A DNA stretch of 63,843 nucleotides, filler included, from Reticulomyxa filosa (Eukaryota > Protista > Foraminifera): the NCBI GenBank assembly GCA_000512085.1. It is 23 parts of 23 records of this genome, joined end to end, with 100 filler letters (N's around TTAATTAATTAA, not from the genome) between each part and the next. Parts side by side here need not be neighbours in the genome. Positions count along the whole stretch, not along the records: positions 26,106 to 30,845 come from ASPP01019693.1; positions 30,946 to 32,522 come from ASPP01038127.1; positions 32,623 to 37,481 come from ASPP01028348.1; positions 37,582 to 41,954 come from ASPP01014769.1; 19 more parts are not named here. The stretch is one strand, 5' to 3'. A program made the translations under genes and the position numbers. Below, piece by piece: positions 26,006 through 39,659 of the stretch. The notes under the pieces are model-generated. The model was given only the letters and a program-made list of their open reading frames with translations, was not told where the DNA came from and did no database searches. Positions within the stretch are counted from its first letter, which is position 1, and each line of letters starts with the position of its first letter.

Positions 26006-29000
26006 NNNNNNNNNNNNNNNNNNNNNNNNNNNNNNNNNNNNNNNNNNNNTTAATTAATTAANNNNNNNNNNNNNNNNNNNNNNNNNNNNNNNNNNNNNNN
26101 NNNNNCTACTATAAACTCGTACGCAAGTTGTGCTTATCTTTGTATCCAAACATCAGACTTGGAAAGGTTTTGCTGTGTATTGTCACGTTATCATCTTTGC
26201 TGATCAAAGCTACCACTCTCATTATTTACATGTGTGAACGTGCGAAAAGTGTGAAATAGAAAAAAAAACAAAAAATAAGCCGAATGCAGACTCCAAATAT
26301 TTTATTTCGATACTCTGGAGTCTTGTCATAAAGCGGAAGAAGAGAAAAAGGAAATACTTGCTAATGGAGATCATAATATTGGATATTGACTTGCAAGATA
26401 TTATGGGCACAATGCTGTGAAAAACTCTTGACGAGCCATGAATCACAAAAACAAGATAATGAAGATGATAATCAATATTTGTGGGAAGAAGCTCAATTAC
26501 AACCAGGCATTGCTTTAAAAATTTTGATTCTACTCCAGATAGCACCATCATTTCTGGTACATGCTGGTACAATTATGCAGTATTCGATTTTTTGAGTCTT
26601 TTTCTTGCACGTTGGTCAATTTTCTTTATCAGTTTGAAAAAAGAAGGGACGCAATTGAATGTGCAGCAAAATTTTTAAAAATTACAAACATGCCAACAAA
26701 ATTGTTCTCATTATCATGATTTCGTCCAATATTTTCCAATGAGTTTCAATCAAAAACAAAATTAAACAATGTAAGATAATATTTTTTTGAGTTTACAATT
26801 ACTGTAAAAAAGTATCATTGAATCATTACCTGTATCAAATTCGTTATCAATAATACATTTTCTTTAGAATTTTCTATTTGATACAAAAAAAGGCTATTGA
26901 ATTGGCTCTTGCAAAACATTTATCTTTTCTTTGTAATGCTCAATAGAACAAAATTTTCAAACTAAAAAAGAATGGATGAAAAAAAATTTAGTTTTCCAAT
27001 CACTGTTGGAACGGTCCATCGATCAAAAAAAAGAATAAAAAAATCAATAGATTAAATATTATTTACGATCCCTTTAAACAAATAAGCATGCAAATTGAGT
27101 GATGTTACTGAGGCAGCATTTTGCTTTTTTTTCAATTGTGCAATGCCCCGCCGTGATCAAGATGTATCATTGCGGTAAACTTGTTCAAAGGATATCGGGC
27201 GCATTGTTAACCAATATTAAATAATTGGTGTTGGCACTTTCACCAATTTGTGAGCATATCCGTCCAGCGCCTTGCTTTGTTGCACAAATATTATTCCATT
27301 GCCTTATTAAGTCCTTGAATTCGATCCTTTTCAAGCGAGGTTTATTCTCCACCAACTTTATCAATATCGTTAATTTCTTTCTTTTTTTTTTTAAATAAAT
27401 TCAAAGTTGCATCAATAGAAAGAACAGATCCTTTTTTTAAAAGTAATAAGATAAAAAATTTGTGTTGTATGAGATACACTTCCTTTTTTTAATTACAAGA
27501 TAAAAGTCGAAAACAAAACTTGCTCCAATCACTGTCAGTCTTTTTGGTTTGTTTAATTGCTCAAGTTCTACCAAGTTGTCTTTTTTTTTTCCAACGAAAC
27601 ACGTCTGTTCCAAACAACTCTCAGCAAAATATTCTCTTTGAAAAGATCAAGACCTCCATTTGGACGATGAATTGACAACAAAAGAAGAGAAACGAGACTT
27701 TGATAACAGCAGCATAAAAAAAGCATTAACACAAGAGTTTTTTTTTTTTTTGCAAAAACGAAACACTGGTCTTTCGTACAAGTCTTTTTAAAGTAACAAA
27801 AATACTTTCGCATTAAATTGTGTCAATAAGATTATGTTTTTTTTTTTGCTTTATTCAAGTTTTTAAAACAAAAAGGACTAATTATGTCAAGAAAAATAAA
27901 AACAAGAGTTTTTTCATCTTTTTGATTTCTCCCTCCAATATTATCCATTTTCATAGGAACTGACCAAGTTCAAATATTGAGAAATGATATTATAAACAAA
28001 CAAATTGAGGCAAAATGTTGATTTCATTTATTTTTTTTCGATTAGTGAATAACTTTACTTGGAAAAAAATCATAAAACATCAAAAGACTTTAAGTTGAGG
28101 GTAAAAAAAACCCCTTGCATCGTCAAACCTATCATTAAAAGACAGGCTATTATCATTTGGATCATATGTTGCACAAGAAGAAATTGGAGATGAATCTCTT
28201 TACAAGTCTTCTTTGTTGGAGAATAATAAAAAAGAAACGAGAAAGAACAAAGACAACTCAGAATTACCTCACAACTTGAAAGAAGAAAAAAACAAAACAA
28301 GCATTGGATGAAATGAACATGTCAAAGAGTGTTGAAGCGAATATGGGAAAAAAACAAAGTTATGGTGATTATTATCCAACTTCCTCTTTTTTATGGATAT
28401 CAATTCCTTCGAGGCGTCAAAGCTGTGATGATCCACTCTAGACTTGGTTTGTTTCATTTTCTTTTCTTTGTTGTTTGCGTTGACGATAATAATGGTTGGA
28501 TAAACAAACAAACAACAAAAATAGACTTTCGATTTTCAATTTTGACGACTCCCAAGAGACTTGAACGCACGTGCTTATTTTTATTGATTATATCTGATGT
28601 GTGGATATCAACAAATGAACAAGTTGAAGTTTTGTATATGCATAATTTGATCACAGAATAAAACAATAGAAAAATGATTTGAAATTTTATGTGCTTTTTG
28701 GTTTCGATGAAACCATACAGAGCAAACATGAAGATGAATGGATGAAAAAGTGATCACAGCAACTGCTTTGCGCAATGAATGCTCCGGAACAAATGGAAAG
28801 AGTCCACGCAAAAAAAAAAAAAACAACTAAAATATGGAATTATGGAATGTTGCCAGACACAAAGGGAAATAGCGATATTGCATGCAATCTACTATGTATA
28901 TTTGTTGTATGGTATTTGCAACAGTTTTGGACTATCATACAATGTATTAGCACGTTTGTATGCAATGACTTCTCCAACATGCATTGACAACTATTCCTCT

Positions 29001-29483
29001 TTTATTATTCATTATCTCCTTATTTCCCTTTTGATATTCACACAGTACATGCGATTATTACAATGTGCATGTAGTTTGTGTGAAATGGTATACGTACTTT
29101 TTAGTATATGATAAGATCCAGTTTAGAATGTATTGTAAGTATATGCATATTTATTTGAGTAAAATGTTTGAAAGATAAGAAGAAAGAGTGGTGAAATATT
29201 GTTTTTGTTTGACAGCAGCAAGTGTTTGGACTGGCAATGTGAATAATGTATATTATCGTCATGAATAATCAAGATCATAACGAAATCTTAAAAAAAATTA
29301 ATTTGAAGTAAGTTATTTGTAAAATGTAATCTGAAGAGAATAGCGCTGGATCTGGAGAGAATTCTCATTTATATTATTATTAATTTAAATTTAAAATTAA
29401 TTAAATAAATAGAAATTTAAAAACAATCAAACACAAGCAAAGAAAAATAAGACAAAACAAACAAACAAAAATTAATATAATCG

Positions 29484-30845
29484 ATGGAACCAAGAATCTG
29501 GAAAATGCACGAATATTTGTCCGACTATTCAAGTAAACAATGCCGTAAGTGTAGTCATGTGGTGAAATGGAAACAATATATAGAAAAAAAAATGAAGTTG
29601 GAAAAGATATTTACAAAACTGGGACAATTGGAGAATCGCGCTGTGACGGCCGTAAGTGTACGTGTTGTTGGTTGGCCACATCGAGAGGATTGCAAGCGAT
29701 CCCACAACTCAGGTGGTTGCTTGCAGAACCCCCCTCATCAGATAAATGGTAGACCACATAACAGTGGGATGCAATGCATCCCTAAGCGCGTCAATTACCT
29801 ATTGACACAAGCCACATGGCCGGTCATATAGATAATCCGCGTCCAGTGGAGTCGTCATCTTTGATTTGTCCACATTAGTGGACAATTTTCCTTGCAGGAC
29901 TGGTGGCACGGACAACTCCTGATTATTGGTCTACGGCGTGCGAACAACACGTGAGAATAGAGAGGAGCCCACTTACACGAACAGGAACCAGGAACCATGA
30001 ACCAGGAAATAATCACATATCCGCAATAACCATGGATAACGCAATCAGAATAGCAATATCCAATAAATACAATGGAAAACAGCAACAACAAACAAAAAAA
30101 AAAGGATTGAAACACTACACTAGCAAGCAAACAGAAATGGTGATCCCCTCCATCGTCGTTAACAAAACAGAGCGGAAAAAAATTTAAAAAATGGTACGTG
30201 AAAAAAAAAATGAAATGAGACAAAATAAACTTACAAAATTAAACTTAACAAAAAAAAAATTGCAACGAGTGCAACTGAGCAACAGGTGGAAAGGTACAAA
30301 GGGGACAACAAGAAGCAAGGAGGGGGGAATAAGTGCAAAAGGGGAAAACAATGATTACCATCCAAAAAAAAAACAAAAAACAAACAGGAATAATAATCAA
30401 TGATCGACGCCATAATTCCAAATTACAATCCATGACAATCTATTACAAGCAAACAACAGATCTAGTATATATATGGAATGTAAATATTAATTAATAAAAA
30501 TAACTTTGGATTCGGCTTGATATCGTGAAACGGCCGTCGTCAGCCTGATCATAAATGTAGGCGCATTGTTATGTGCAGCCTCTACATCCCTCTGTTAGCA
30601 CGGCACAATGCCGGTAACACCAAGGGGGAGGCTGTATAATATGTCCATCCACAGATGGACATTGCCACATCAGTCCTGCAAGGAACTAATGTCGGTGCTG
30701 CGATAATGCAAACCTTTCATGTGGCCTTGGTTTGCCGCAAACACCGACGCGCCTGTGTCGCACGCATTTTGCGATCATAGATCGCAATCGTAATCAGCGC
30801 TGAGTATTGCGCTGCGGCTGACTTGGCTCCAACATCATACAGGAA
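29484..30845 (+). mobile_element. Possible degenerate non-LTR retrotransposon remnant (ORF1 Cys/His motifs, possible APE endonuclease relic)
   Basis: QCRKCSH, KCTCC..H..C and PKRVN..HMAGH fragments in shifting frames; IVMCSLYIP and CDH motifs; GC above flanks. Confidence 0.3.
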
Positions 30846-30946
30846 NNNNNNNNNNNNNNNNNNNNNNNNNNNNNNNNNNNNNNNNNNNNTTAATTAATTA
30901 ANNNNNNNNNNNNNNNNNNNNNNNNNNNNNNNNNNNNNNNNNNNNA

Positions 30947-31052
30947 TTTGTTCTGGATCATTTGATAATACCATTCGAATATGGGATATGAAACAACCAA
31001 ACAATTCAATATATTCAAAGGACATGACAATTATGTGATTAGTGTTAAAATA
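30947..31052 (+). pseudogene. WD40 repeat fragment
   Basis: CSGSFDNTIRIWDM, then frameshifted KGHDNYVISVK*. Confidence 0.7.
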
Positions 31053-32622
31053 AAGAAACAAGCCACCGAAAATCAAAGTCAATTTTTTTGGAATGAGAAA
31101 ATTATAAATTTACCAATTATTTAGAAAGCCAAAGAAATACTTTGTTATCCAATGGTATCAACACCATCATCGGTAATATATACCTTCAATTCAGGTTCAA
31201 ATAATTTTGGTCTTGCTTATTTTCAAATATATTTTTTAATTTACGTTTTCTACCTTTTTTCTTATATAAACCCGTTAACTTAGTTTTTAGCTCTTTATTT
31301 GGTGTATCTTAATCAACTTGAATAATGAATGGATTGCAAAGTAATTGAATACTATTGATTTTTTTCAATAAAAGATCAAGTTTGCTCAATCTTTTTTCAA
31401 AAACATTTTCTATTTAAAGCTTAAATAATTTCTATTTATGTAGTGAGAAATTTATTTTTTGTTGCATAATTCAAGTAAATACAGTCTGATATTTTTAAGA
31501 ATTTGAGCTTGGAAGATTTTGAAAAATAATAAGAGCTATTATTCAAAGAGATTAGAAATAACCAAACATTTAAAAAATTTTTATAGCACATTCGGAATGC
31601 GGTCATGTTTTTGATGATAATCACAAGCAATGATTTGATCAATAGCCTATAATTTGAAATTTATGGTTGCCTGCATTGTCGATTTTCAATATATGAAACT
31701 TTTTTATAAGACATTTAACCAGTTTTACAGTATTCAGTTGCGTTTTAACAACAAGGATATAAGGATTATTTATCCTAAACATGTCAACGCAAATCGAAAA
31801 ATATTTGAAAATAACATTTATCCATATACATATTTTGTAAAGTTTTAATTTTTATAAACTAAATTTTTGGTCTCAATTAATGCAGCTTACAGATAATTTA
31901 TTTTCCTTAAGGAAATAATGTATTTATAGAAGGTAATAATTTGTACACATTATTACAATATTTAATCATATATCAATGTTATTAAAGGCATCATTATTTA
32001 AATCATAGGTACTGTAGTCTGCAGACATTATAACGGTCGAATTTGATTACAGCCGTCACTCAAACAAAATACTTACAATATCTGTTGCGCTAAACAAAAA
32101 TTCAACTTTTCTCAGTTTTCTCATCACTTTCGTATGTGTAAAATTGACTATACCAGTGAACATACTGACATGAATGTTCGGAAAAAGTTATAATAAAAAA
32201 TGTGAAGCGCATTTATGAGCTATAAATTTTCAAAAAACACATCAATAATGACCATTTCCAGGCATGTTATCATCAGAACATGATACAACGGTTCGATCGT
32301 CTGAAAAATATTTTGCATCGTTCACCACATCTAGACGTCCCTTCAATGTTATTATATAACATGATATAATATATTTATTATATAGACAGCATTTTTCATA
32401 TACTATATGTCTAAAATGAATTCACATCTTTTAATTTTTCATTATCTAAATATAATGGAGCATTCTGCTATTAAATAATAAATGTGTCTTCATTATTATA
32501 AATTTGTACAATATACGTTTCANNNNNNNNNNNNNNNNNNNNNNNNNNNNNNNNNNNNNNNNNNNNTTAATTAATTAANNNNNNNNNNNNNNNNNNNNNN
32601 NNNNNNNNNNNNNNNNNNNNNN

Positions 32623-33442
32623 TGTCGATTATCACAATTACTCCAGTGCTCCCGCTGCCATCCGCGCATTCGTTCAGAGATAACTCGTCCAATTCTTTCA
32701 GTGCTTGATTTATTGCTTGATCCATTCGATCACTGCTTTCGATATGTTTGGCCAGAATTTCAGGAGTTTTCTTGGACAGGTATTCCGCACATTGCGAACC
32801 TCCATGTCCGTCTTTTTTTTTTTTTTTTTTTGAATTTGTAATAATTTTATTTAATATCAATGCATGCGCCTAAACAACATATATCAACATTGCTTTTACC
32901 AAAGACGCAAAATAGTGATAGGCAACCACTGCAACACTTGTTTTGCTTCACTTTGAAATCGGGCTTTACTACTACTTCGTCCTTTTTTTTTCCGTTTGTT
33001 TGTTTCGATCATTTTGCTGATCTTTTATCAACAAAAGACTGAACACTACTCCCTCCTCCCTCTCCCCCTCTTTCCTCCATTGGAAAATATTTCAACGCAC
33101 TTCCATTGTTGGCCGAATCCCTTGTTTCGAACAGTGTCCTATCGTAATCTGGACGCTGATGTCATCTATTGGACAGATGGAAATGTTTCTATGGCAACAT
33201 GTTCTAAAAAACTCATACCTTCATTTGGAGAATTTATGGGACTGTGAGACATGGTAACATAAAAAGATAAAAGAGAATTTATTGATGCATGACGTTCTCC
33301 CTTACAAAGTACAGTTTAACGACAAATGTTTTTAGAAAGTGTTAAGTACCTTTTTTTTGCTGCTCATTGATGTTCGTTTAGGCATATACTTTGACGTGAG
33401 TGAAACGATTGTAAATTCAAAGTCTGAACTAGTCATAGCCAT
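32623..33442 (-). CDS. Protein phosphatase 2C (PPM family), N-terminal exons
   Basis: GHCSKQGIRPTME/DE..LFCVF/DGHGGSQCAEYL..GSGSTGVIVII across GT-AG introns; start codon uncertain. Confidence 0.88.
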
Positions 33443-35308
33443 AAGCAATTAAGTTGAGCCATATTCTTAAAAGATCACCTTTTCAGCACTTATTATAAGG
33501 AAATCAGTTAAACTAATCTTGGTTGCGATTGTCGTTATCAAGTATACGACATGATCTCTTGATTGCAAAGTGTCAAATTGTTAAAAGATTATTTTGTTTA
33601 CTTAGAAAGTGCTAACCTAAGAAGTTGGAATAGTTTCTACAATATTAAAAGCAAATGTTTAAATAAAAATTATCTTAATCAAAATATGTCCCAAAAAAAT
33701 TAAAAATTGCAAACAACATCAATAAGCTGACATCTCCACTTTAGGCTTTTCCTCGTCGATACTTGCCAGAAGTGACAAATTTAAGTAACATTATGACTAG
33801 ATTTATATACATTATCCATTCGAAAAACATATTTATTTTTACTGTTTTGAATGGCTTTTCTATACGTCTTTGTCCTTTTGACTGCTTTCAAATAGTCATA
33901 ATACTTAAATACAATTTTTAGTTGTTCATTAAGTGATGCTTTTTCACCTACGTCATCCAGAGTTCACCACTTATTCGCCAATCCAATAAACATCGACATA
34001 AACTAATGACCTTTTTCAAAGATTACAAAGCAATAAACATAATGTACTAACACCGAAACGAAGTGCTGAATATACAATAAATATATACTTTGTTGTAAAA
34101 ACAAAATATTATAATAATAATAATAATAAAATATATATGTACATATTTAAGTTGGAAGAAACTTCGTTCAACTTTTAATATAATATAAATCAACTTCAGA
34201 TTATTCAAAATAACTTGATCAAGTTTCGAATTATGTTTACAAACATATTATATTATTGATAATAGATTCAAAATGCTTCGATTCAATCATTTAAATATAT
34301 TATATTTCAAACAAAAATAATCATTTGCACTTTTTTTTTAACAAACATATTTTCAAAATAATAAACATTAAGTGTTAATTTAATTTCAACAAAATAAAAA
34401 ATTTGTAAAGAATTTAAAGCACAACCACACAAATTTGCATAACGAGAAAATACAATAGAAAGTGAAAGGCTCCAAATTCAAGTCTTTTTATTTCTGTTGT
34501 CAGTTAATGGCATTAGAGTTAAATTGGCTGAAAACATCAAAGACTGACAAGATAGTGTAAAAAAAAAGTACTACAAATAAAAAGAGAATGATACAGTAAG
34601 TGATGAAATATCATAAATCGAGTTCCCACAAATTGCATCATATTTGTGGTTGAAAATACAAATGTAGTTGACATTGATGAACAAAAAAGTGATTTATCAC
34701 ATTCATTTTTTCAAGAGTTGATCCAAACGCTGCAAAATTGGTATTGAATGCCTATGAAAATATTGTTTCAATGATTGGAAAAAGGTCAGGTGCTGGTTTG
34801 TTTCATCACAGCAAGAAACATTACTGATCATTCAAGTCAAACATTGAAAATACTCGAAAATTTGAAGGAAATCTGCCAATGCATTCAACTTCGTGTCAGC
34901 TGTTCTAATTATAGTCACTTTTATCCCTTTGGCATTATCGGCGTTTCGTTGCGACAATGGAGTCCACAAAGATACTATTTGGAATTTGCTGTGTCGTTGG
35001 ACATTTTCGAAAACATTGGCAATTTTGTCGTATTCTCAAGCGAACATGAAAATCCTTTTTTTAAATTTCTTTAATCATTTTCTTTTGTAATATTGCAGAT
35101 TAAGTGTTACGCTCTTCTAAATTGAGAATGTCCTATAATGTACAGCAGCACAAGTTCATTGTAATTGATCAACTCAGTTGTAAAAATTATCTGAAGAAAA
35201 TATTGTTTACTGTAACCAATTCTCGTTACAAGTTAAATAACTTTTTTAAAATAAGATATTTTAAGTTAGTTTAGTCTTGAAAGAGAATTTCCCTTTTTTC
35301 GTAGAAGA

Positions 35309-36551
35309 ATGTCCTTCAATTCATTGAATGTCACCAAAAAGCGTTCTTTACAACAGATGGAACAAGAGCGGGTAGGCGAGCCTATCCCAAGTGAGCCTGA
35401 AAATAAAAAAAGAAAAGTGACTGCTCCTTGCTTGTGTGCAGAAGCACAAGAGCCATCCACTGGAATGGATGTTGGAGAAAAGGAGGAATACGAAGATCAA
35501 AACTATGACCACGGTTGTAAGTGTCATCCTCCCATATTCCCCGAGCATGTGGAATTGCGCGTAATATCTAGAGACAACGAAATTGTAACAATAAAAAAAA
35601 ATGACTTTAAAAGCTCAGTCTGCATTTTTCACTTTGTTTATGTTGTTCATGTTCCCGTCACATTCCCTTCCCTCCCCTCCCCCTTCTCCTGTCCTCCAAG
35701 TCTGTCAATCTTCCAATTTGTCGAAAAAATTTTTGTTGTAAATCTCAGAAACCCAACGAAGGTTTGCAAGGGAACATAAACATGAAACAATCCAAAAAAT
35801 GATGACAAAGAGTTGTATGTCATGAATAATATATCGGTGTGTGTGTGAATATGGACATTGGAACAAAACAATCAGACAAATGGACATTGGCATTTTTCCA
35901 TCCTTCTGTCGTTCAACATACTCTTTATCTCAAAGACCAATTTTTGTTCTTCAATCAACAGTACGAAGAAAAATTTAAGAACGAATTAAAATGTGACATT
36001 TTGTCGATTTCCACCGACTCAGAATACTTTTTACGATCCTGGAAAGCTACTTGCGAGTTTATCCTTGCAAAAAAAATTTTTGTGTTCACCTAAACATTTA
36101 ACATCCAATTCATATATTATTTTTGACTATTTCTATCGAAGCATTTTATTATATATGTATGTATACAATATACATATATATTTTTTTTTTCCTCTGTCAG
36201 GAGAAAAATGCAAACAAAACTAGAACTTGCAATGGCCTCCGACAAAAATGGAAAGCTGTCTGCACTGTTTGGGTTATTTAGCTACCAAGACCGTCAATGT
36301 TTGCCATCGTATGTACATTTAACTCTCTCTTTTTCAAAAAAAAAGCTTTGCTGAAGAAGTCGCTTGGCTTGTTATACAGACTTGTGGTAATTGATCATAT
36401 GTGCGTAGTAAGACATATTGAAAGGGTTTTCAGCAATCAAATGCCCAACAAACAGCTGGTCGAGCGGGCTCGTGAAATTGTTAAAGCGCTGCAAGTGAGC
36501 TGCATCGATCAGCCCATAAGAGACAGATATCAAACTAAATCTCATTTTTAG
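35309..36551 (+). CDS. Peroxiredoxin (AhpC/Prx1)-fold protein lacking catalytic residues, N-terminal NLS; exons 35309-35617, 35749-35761, 35876-36056, 36201-36308, 36380-36551
   Basis: KWTLAFFHP..CDILSISTDSEYFLRSW..LAMASDKNGKLSALFG..LVVID..VVRHI..EIVKALQ parallels Prx KWVVLFFYP..CEVIGVSTDS..HLAW..PLLAD..ISxDYG..LFIID..LRQI..LVQAFQ. Confidence 0.75.
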
Positions 36552-37318
36552 TTGAATCGTGAAATTGAGCTATTTCACGTGAAAGTTAAATAACAATAAA
36601 ATAAGTAAGAGCGCTGTAGCTTCGAAGTTGTCTGCTCATTTCTTTAGTTTTGGTAAAAATCTTTTGGAGGACATCACGAATTTATTGGTTTTACTTTTGT
36701 TGCGGATTACACAAATTGTCACAATATTTATGAAATTTGTGTCAAAAATAAAAAATTTAACTTTATTTTTCAATAAAATTTTTTATATTCTGTTTTTAGG
36801 TTCTGTTTGAATATAAGGGATGCTCAAAACTTTTCTGCTATACGTCAGGCATAACACACTAAACCTAAAACTTATAACTATACGCTTAAGTAAACTACGT
36901 TTGGGGATTTATGATTCAAAAATTTTTTTGAAAAGTAAAAAAAAATTACGGATATTTTTAGCGGTCATGTGAAAGGATTCAAAAAGATAATTATAATGTA
37001 AGTTATAAAAATACTTACATTTGTTTACACGTCATATGCCAGCAAAACAGAAAAATTATGAAAAATGTTGTACTTTCCTCAAAGGGGGCTGGCCAATTTT
37101 TTAACAGACAGCTCACCTTTTACCAGAGCAAAAAAGGCTAATAATTAGCCAGGTAATATACTTTTACACATTTAAAAACAGACTTACCAAGCTCAATTGA
37201 CCAAATAGTCAATCTTCTAACTTAACAGTAACCTTTTCAAATAAAAAGAGAATGGTGGTGTTAAAAAACACCTGGTTGGCCAATTAATCAAAATATGGCT
37301 CCAGAAACAACTAAATTT

Positions 37319-37480
37319 TTACTTGCTACTTTGAGATTTTCTCTTGCTTCTTCTTACTCGCTTTATTTGTGTTTCGGTCGCCTTTTTTCTGCTCGTAGTT
37401 TTCTTCTTTTTATTAGTGCCTTTGGCTGATTTCTTGGCATTACTCTTTTTCTTAGTCGTAGATTTAGTCGTAGATTTACT
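37319..37480 (-). CDS. C-terminal Lys/Ser/Thr-rich tail (histone H1-like basic protein), partial
   Basis: SKSTTKSTTKKKSNAKKSAKGTNKKKKTTSRKK..RRSKRKSQSSK*. Confidence 0.45.
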   Translation of the reverse strand, partial: SKSTTKSTTKKKSNAKKSAKGTNKKKKTTSRKKATETQIKRVRRSKRKSQSSK

Positions 37481-37631
37481 CNNNNNNNNNNNNNNNNNNN
37501 NNNNNNNNNNNNNNNNNNNNNNNNNTTAATTAATTAANNNNNNNNNNNNNNNNNNNNNNNNNNNNNNNNNNNNNNNNNNNNAGGAGATGAAAGATGAAAA
37601 AGAAGAAAAGCAAAAAAAAAAAAAAACTTAC

Positions 37632-37797
37632 GTTTCATAGATGGAACGGCGTCAAACGATCGTTTCTGTGCAACGTATGTAGTCGAAGTGGAATGAGCAG
37701 ATTGTTGAGAAGATGTGGTCGGAGCAGTGTTTGCTTGCTCCAGCTTTTTGTTTTGAATTCTGCGCTGTTCCCACACATTGGTAGCAGCAGTAGTAGT

Positions 37798-37846
<49 letters not shown>

Positions 37847-38427
37847 TTGTCGTTATCCTCAGTTGTTGCAGTTGCAGCAGCAGCAGCAGCAGCAGCGCTT
37901 GTGCTTGCAGTGATGCTCGCGTTTGTGCTTGCATTTGCAGCTGTGGCTGGTGCACTTGACACAACAGTGGCCGTCGCAACGGTCGAAGAGGGGGGGATAG
38001 CGGTGGCTTGCGCAGCTGTGGTTGATGTCCGTGGCTGCTGTTGGCCAGTAGAAGAAATAAAAGACACATCTTGTTGTGCAGCCTCCGTGGTCGTGTCGCC
38101 ACTCGCTTCTGGAACTGCTTTTTCAGTGATTTTTCGCATCGTTCGTCGGGATACTTGCTTGCGGCGACTCAATCCACCTCGCGCTTTTCTTGTGCCCGAA
38201 GCTGCTGTCGCATTCGCGTTGACACCTGCTTCGTCATCTCCCGCTGCTTCCGTTGTGTCTACCTTGTCTTTTGCTTCATCGTTTACTGTCGTTGTTGTTA
38301 CTGCTGTTGTCTCCTCACTTCTTTTCACGGCTTCCACACTTTTCCCTTGGCCACGTCTTCCTCCACGTCGACTCGTGGCTTGGTTCGTGTCCAACACTGG
38401 CCAGCTTTTATCCGATGGTGTCGCCAT
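37632..38427 (-). CDS. Low-complexity N-terminal exon of a probable RNA-binding (possibly La-related) protein
   Basis: ATG-initiated, about 265 codons; SWPVL motif, RRGGRRG, Ala/Thr/Asn tracts, NVWEQR; GTAAGT donor near 37631. Confidence 0.5.
37801..37845 (-). repeat. (AAC)n coding microsatellite (poly-Asn), next to a (GCT)n poly-Ala tract
   Basis: Direct sequence. Confidence 0.9.
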
Positions 38428-39659
38428 TCGGATTTCACTACGATTGTAATTTACTTCTTTTTTTTTTTAAGGTCTCCCTTCTTTTGAACTAAACTTGCTG
38501 ACGCTCACTAACCCACAAAACTAAGATATGACTTTACTTTGAATATAACGAAAATACTCGCGGAAAAAAAAACTAATTTGGAAAAAAATTCAAAAACAGA
38601 GTAGGCAGAAAAAGAAAATGATATGAGCACAAGGGGCTAAAACAATGACGCCCCTTTCTACTGATTGACACTGGAACTAAAAAGTTTTTAGGTAAAGTGG
38701 TACAATTCGAAACGTTGCAAAAAAGCAATTTTGCCAACTTTTTTTGAGAGCGCAACAACAAGACTATCTTTTTCTTCAAAATTTTTCTATTGTTGATAAT
38801 AAGAAAATATTTGATCACTTGCTTTTGTCTCTTTCTTCGTTTTACTTTTCAGCTTCTTTTTTTGTTCGTTGCTCATTACTCTCAGTCTCCTGAATAAAAC
38901 AATACAACTTGATTTGTTTTAAAAAACTTTTTCGTTAACAAAGGACGAAAACTCAGTTTTGGGAAATTTTTTTTTTTCACAAGACAACGCTCTTTTCTTA
39001 AAGAAAAACAGAGATTTCCACGTCTTTTTTGGAATGTAGTTTTTTGATAAGGCAACCTACCAAAATATGCTGGTATGTTTCAATCATTGAGGAGGTGATA
39101 TTCTTCGAACGCAAATTTTCTTTTGAAACTAGGTCCTCAAATTCTGTAACGACCAACTCTTTTTTGTTGAGTGTGGTATTGTTGTTTTCTGAGGGCTCTT
39201 GGTTCTCAACTTTCGGCCCTACTGTTAATATGACACTTAACATTTTTTCTAGTTTTAATTGTCTATAATGTAGAGTTTTATAGTTTTCTTTTTTCACATT
39301 TGCCATATTTCAAGTTACAGCAAAGGATCAAAAAACTTGAATCTTACAATGAATATTTCATAACTTATGCAGGATGAGTTTGTACTTTGAATTATGGCAT
39401 AACAGATAATGAAATGTGAACAGATGTGAATTTATTAACCTAACAATCCCCACCACAATATAAAAGTACACATTTCCAAGTTATGAGATATCAAGCCCCA
39501 AAAAAAAGACAACTTCAAAAGGCACGTTTTGTGTTTAAAAAATTAACACACAAGAATAATAAAAAAGTATATATATCAATTACATGTGGTTTCACCCTTT
39601 CTTTAAGTCATACAAAGTTGTAATAAAAAAAAGAAAAAAAAAGTGCATTATTGTTTGTT

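Noticed and set aside
26106-28990. Scattered short ORFs and exon-like patches
   Set aside because: Stops in all frames and no identifiable family
37778-38449. Hydrophobic poly-Leu/Val membrane protein on the plus strand
   Set aside because: Antisense shadow of AAC/GCT repeats in the minus-strand gene
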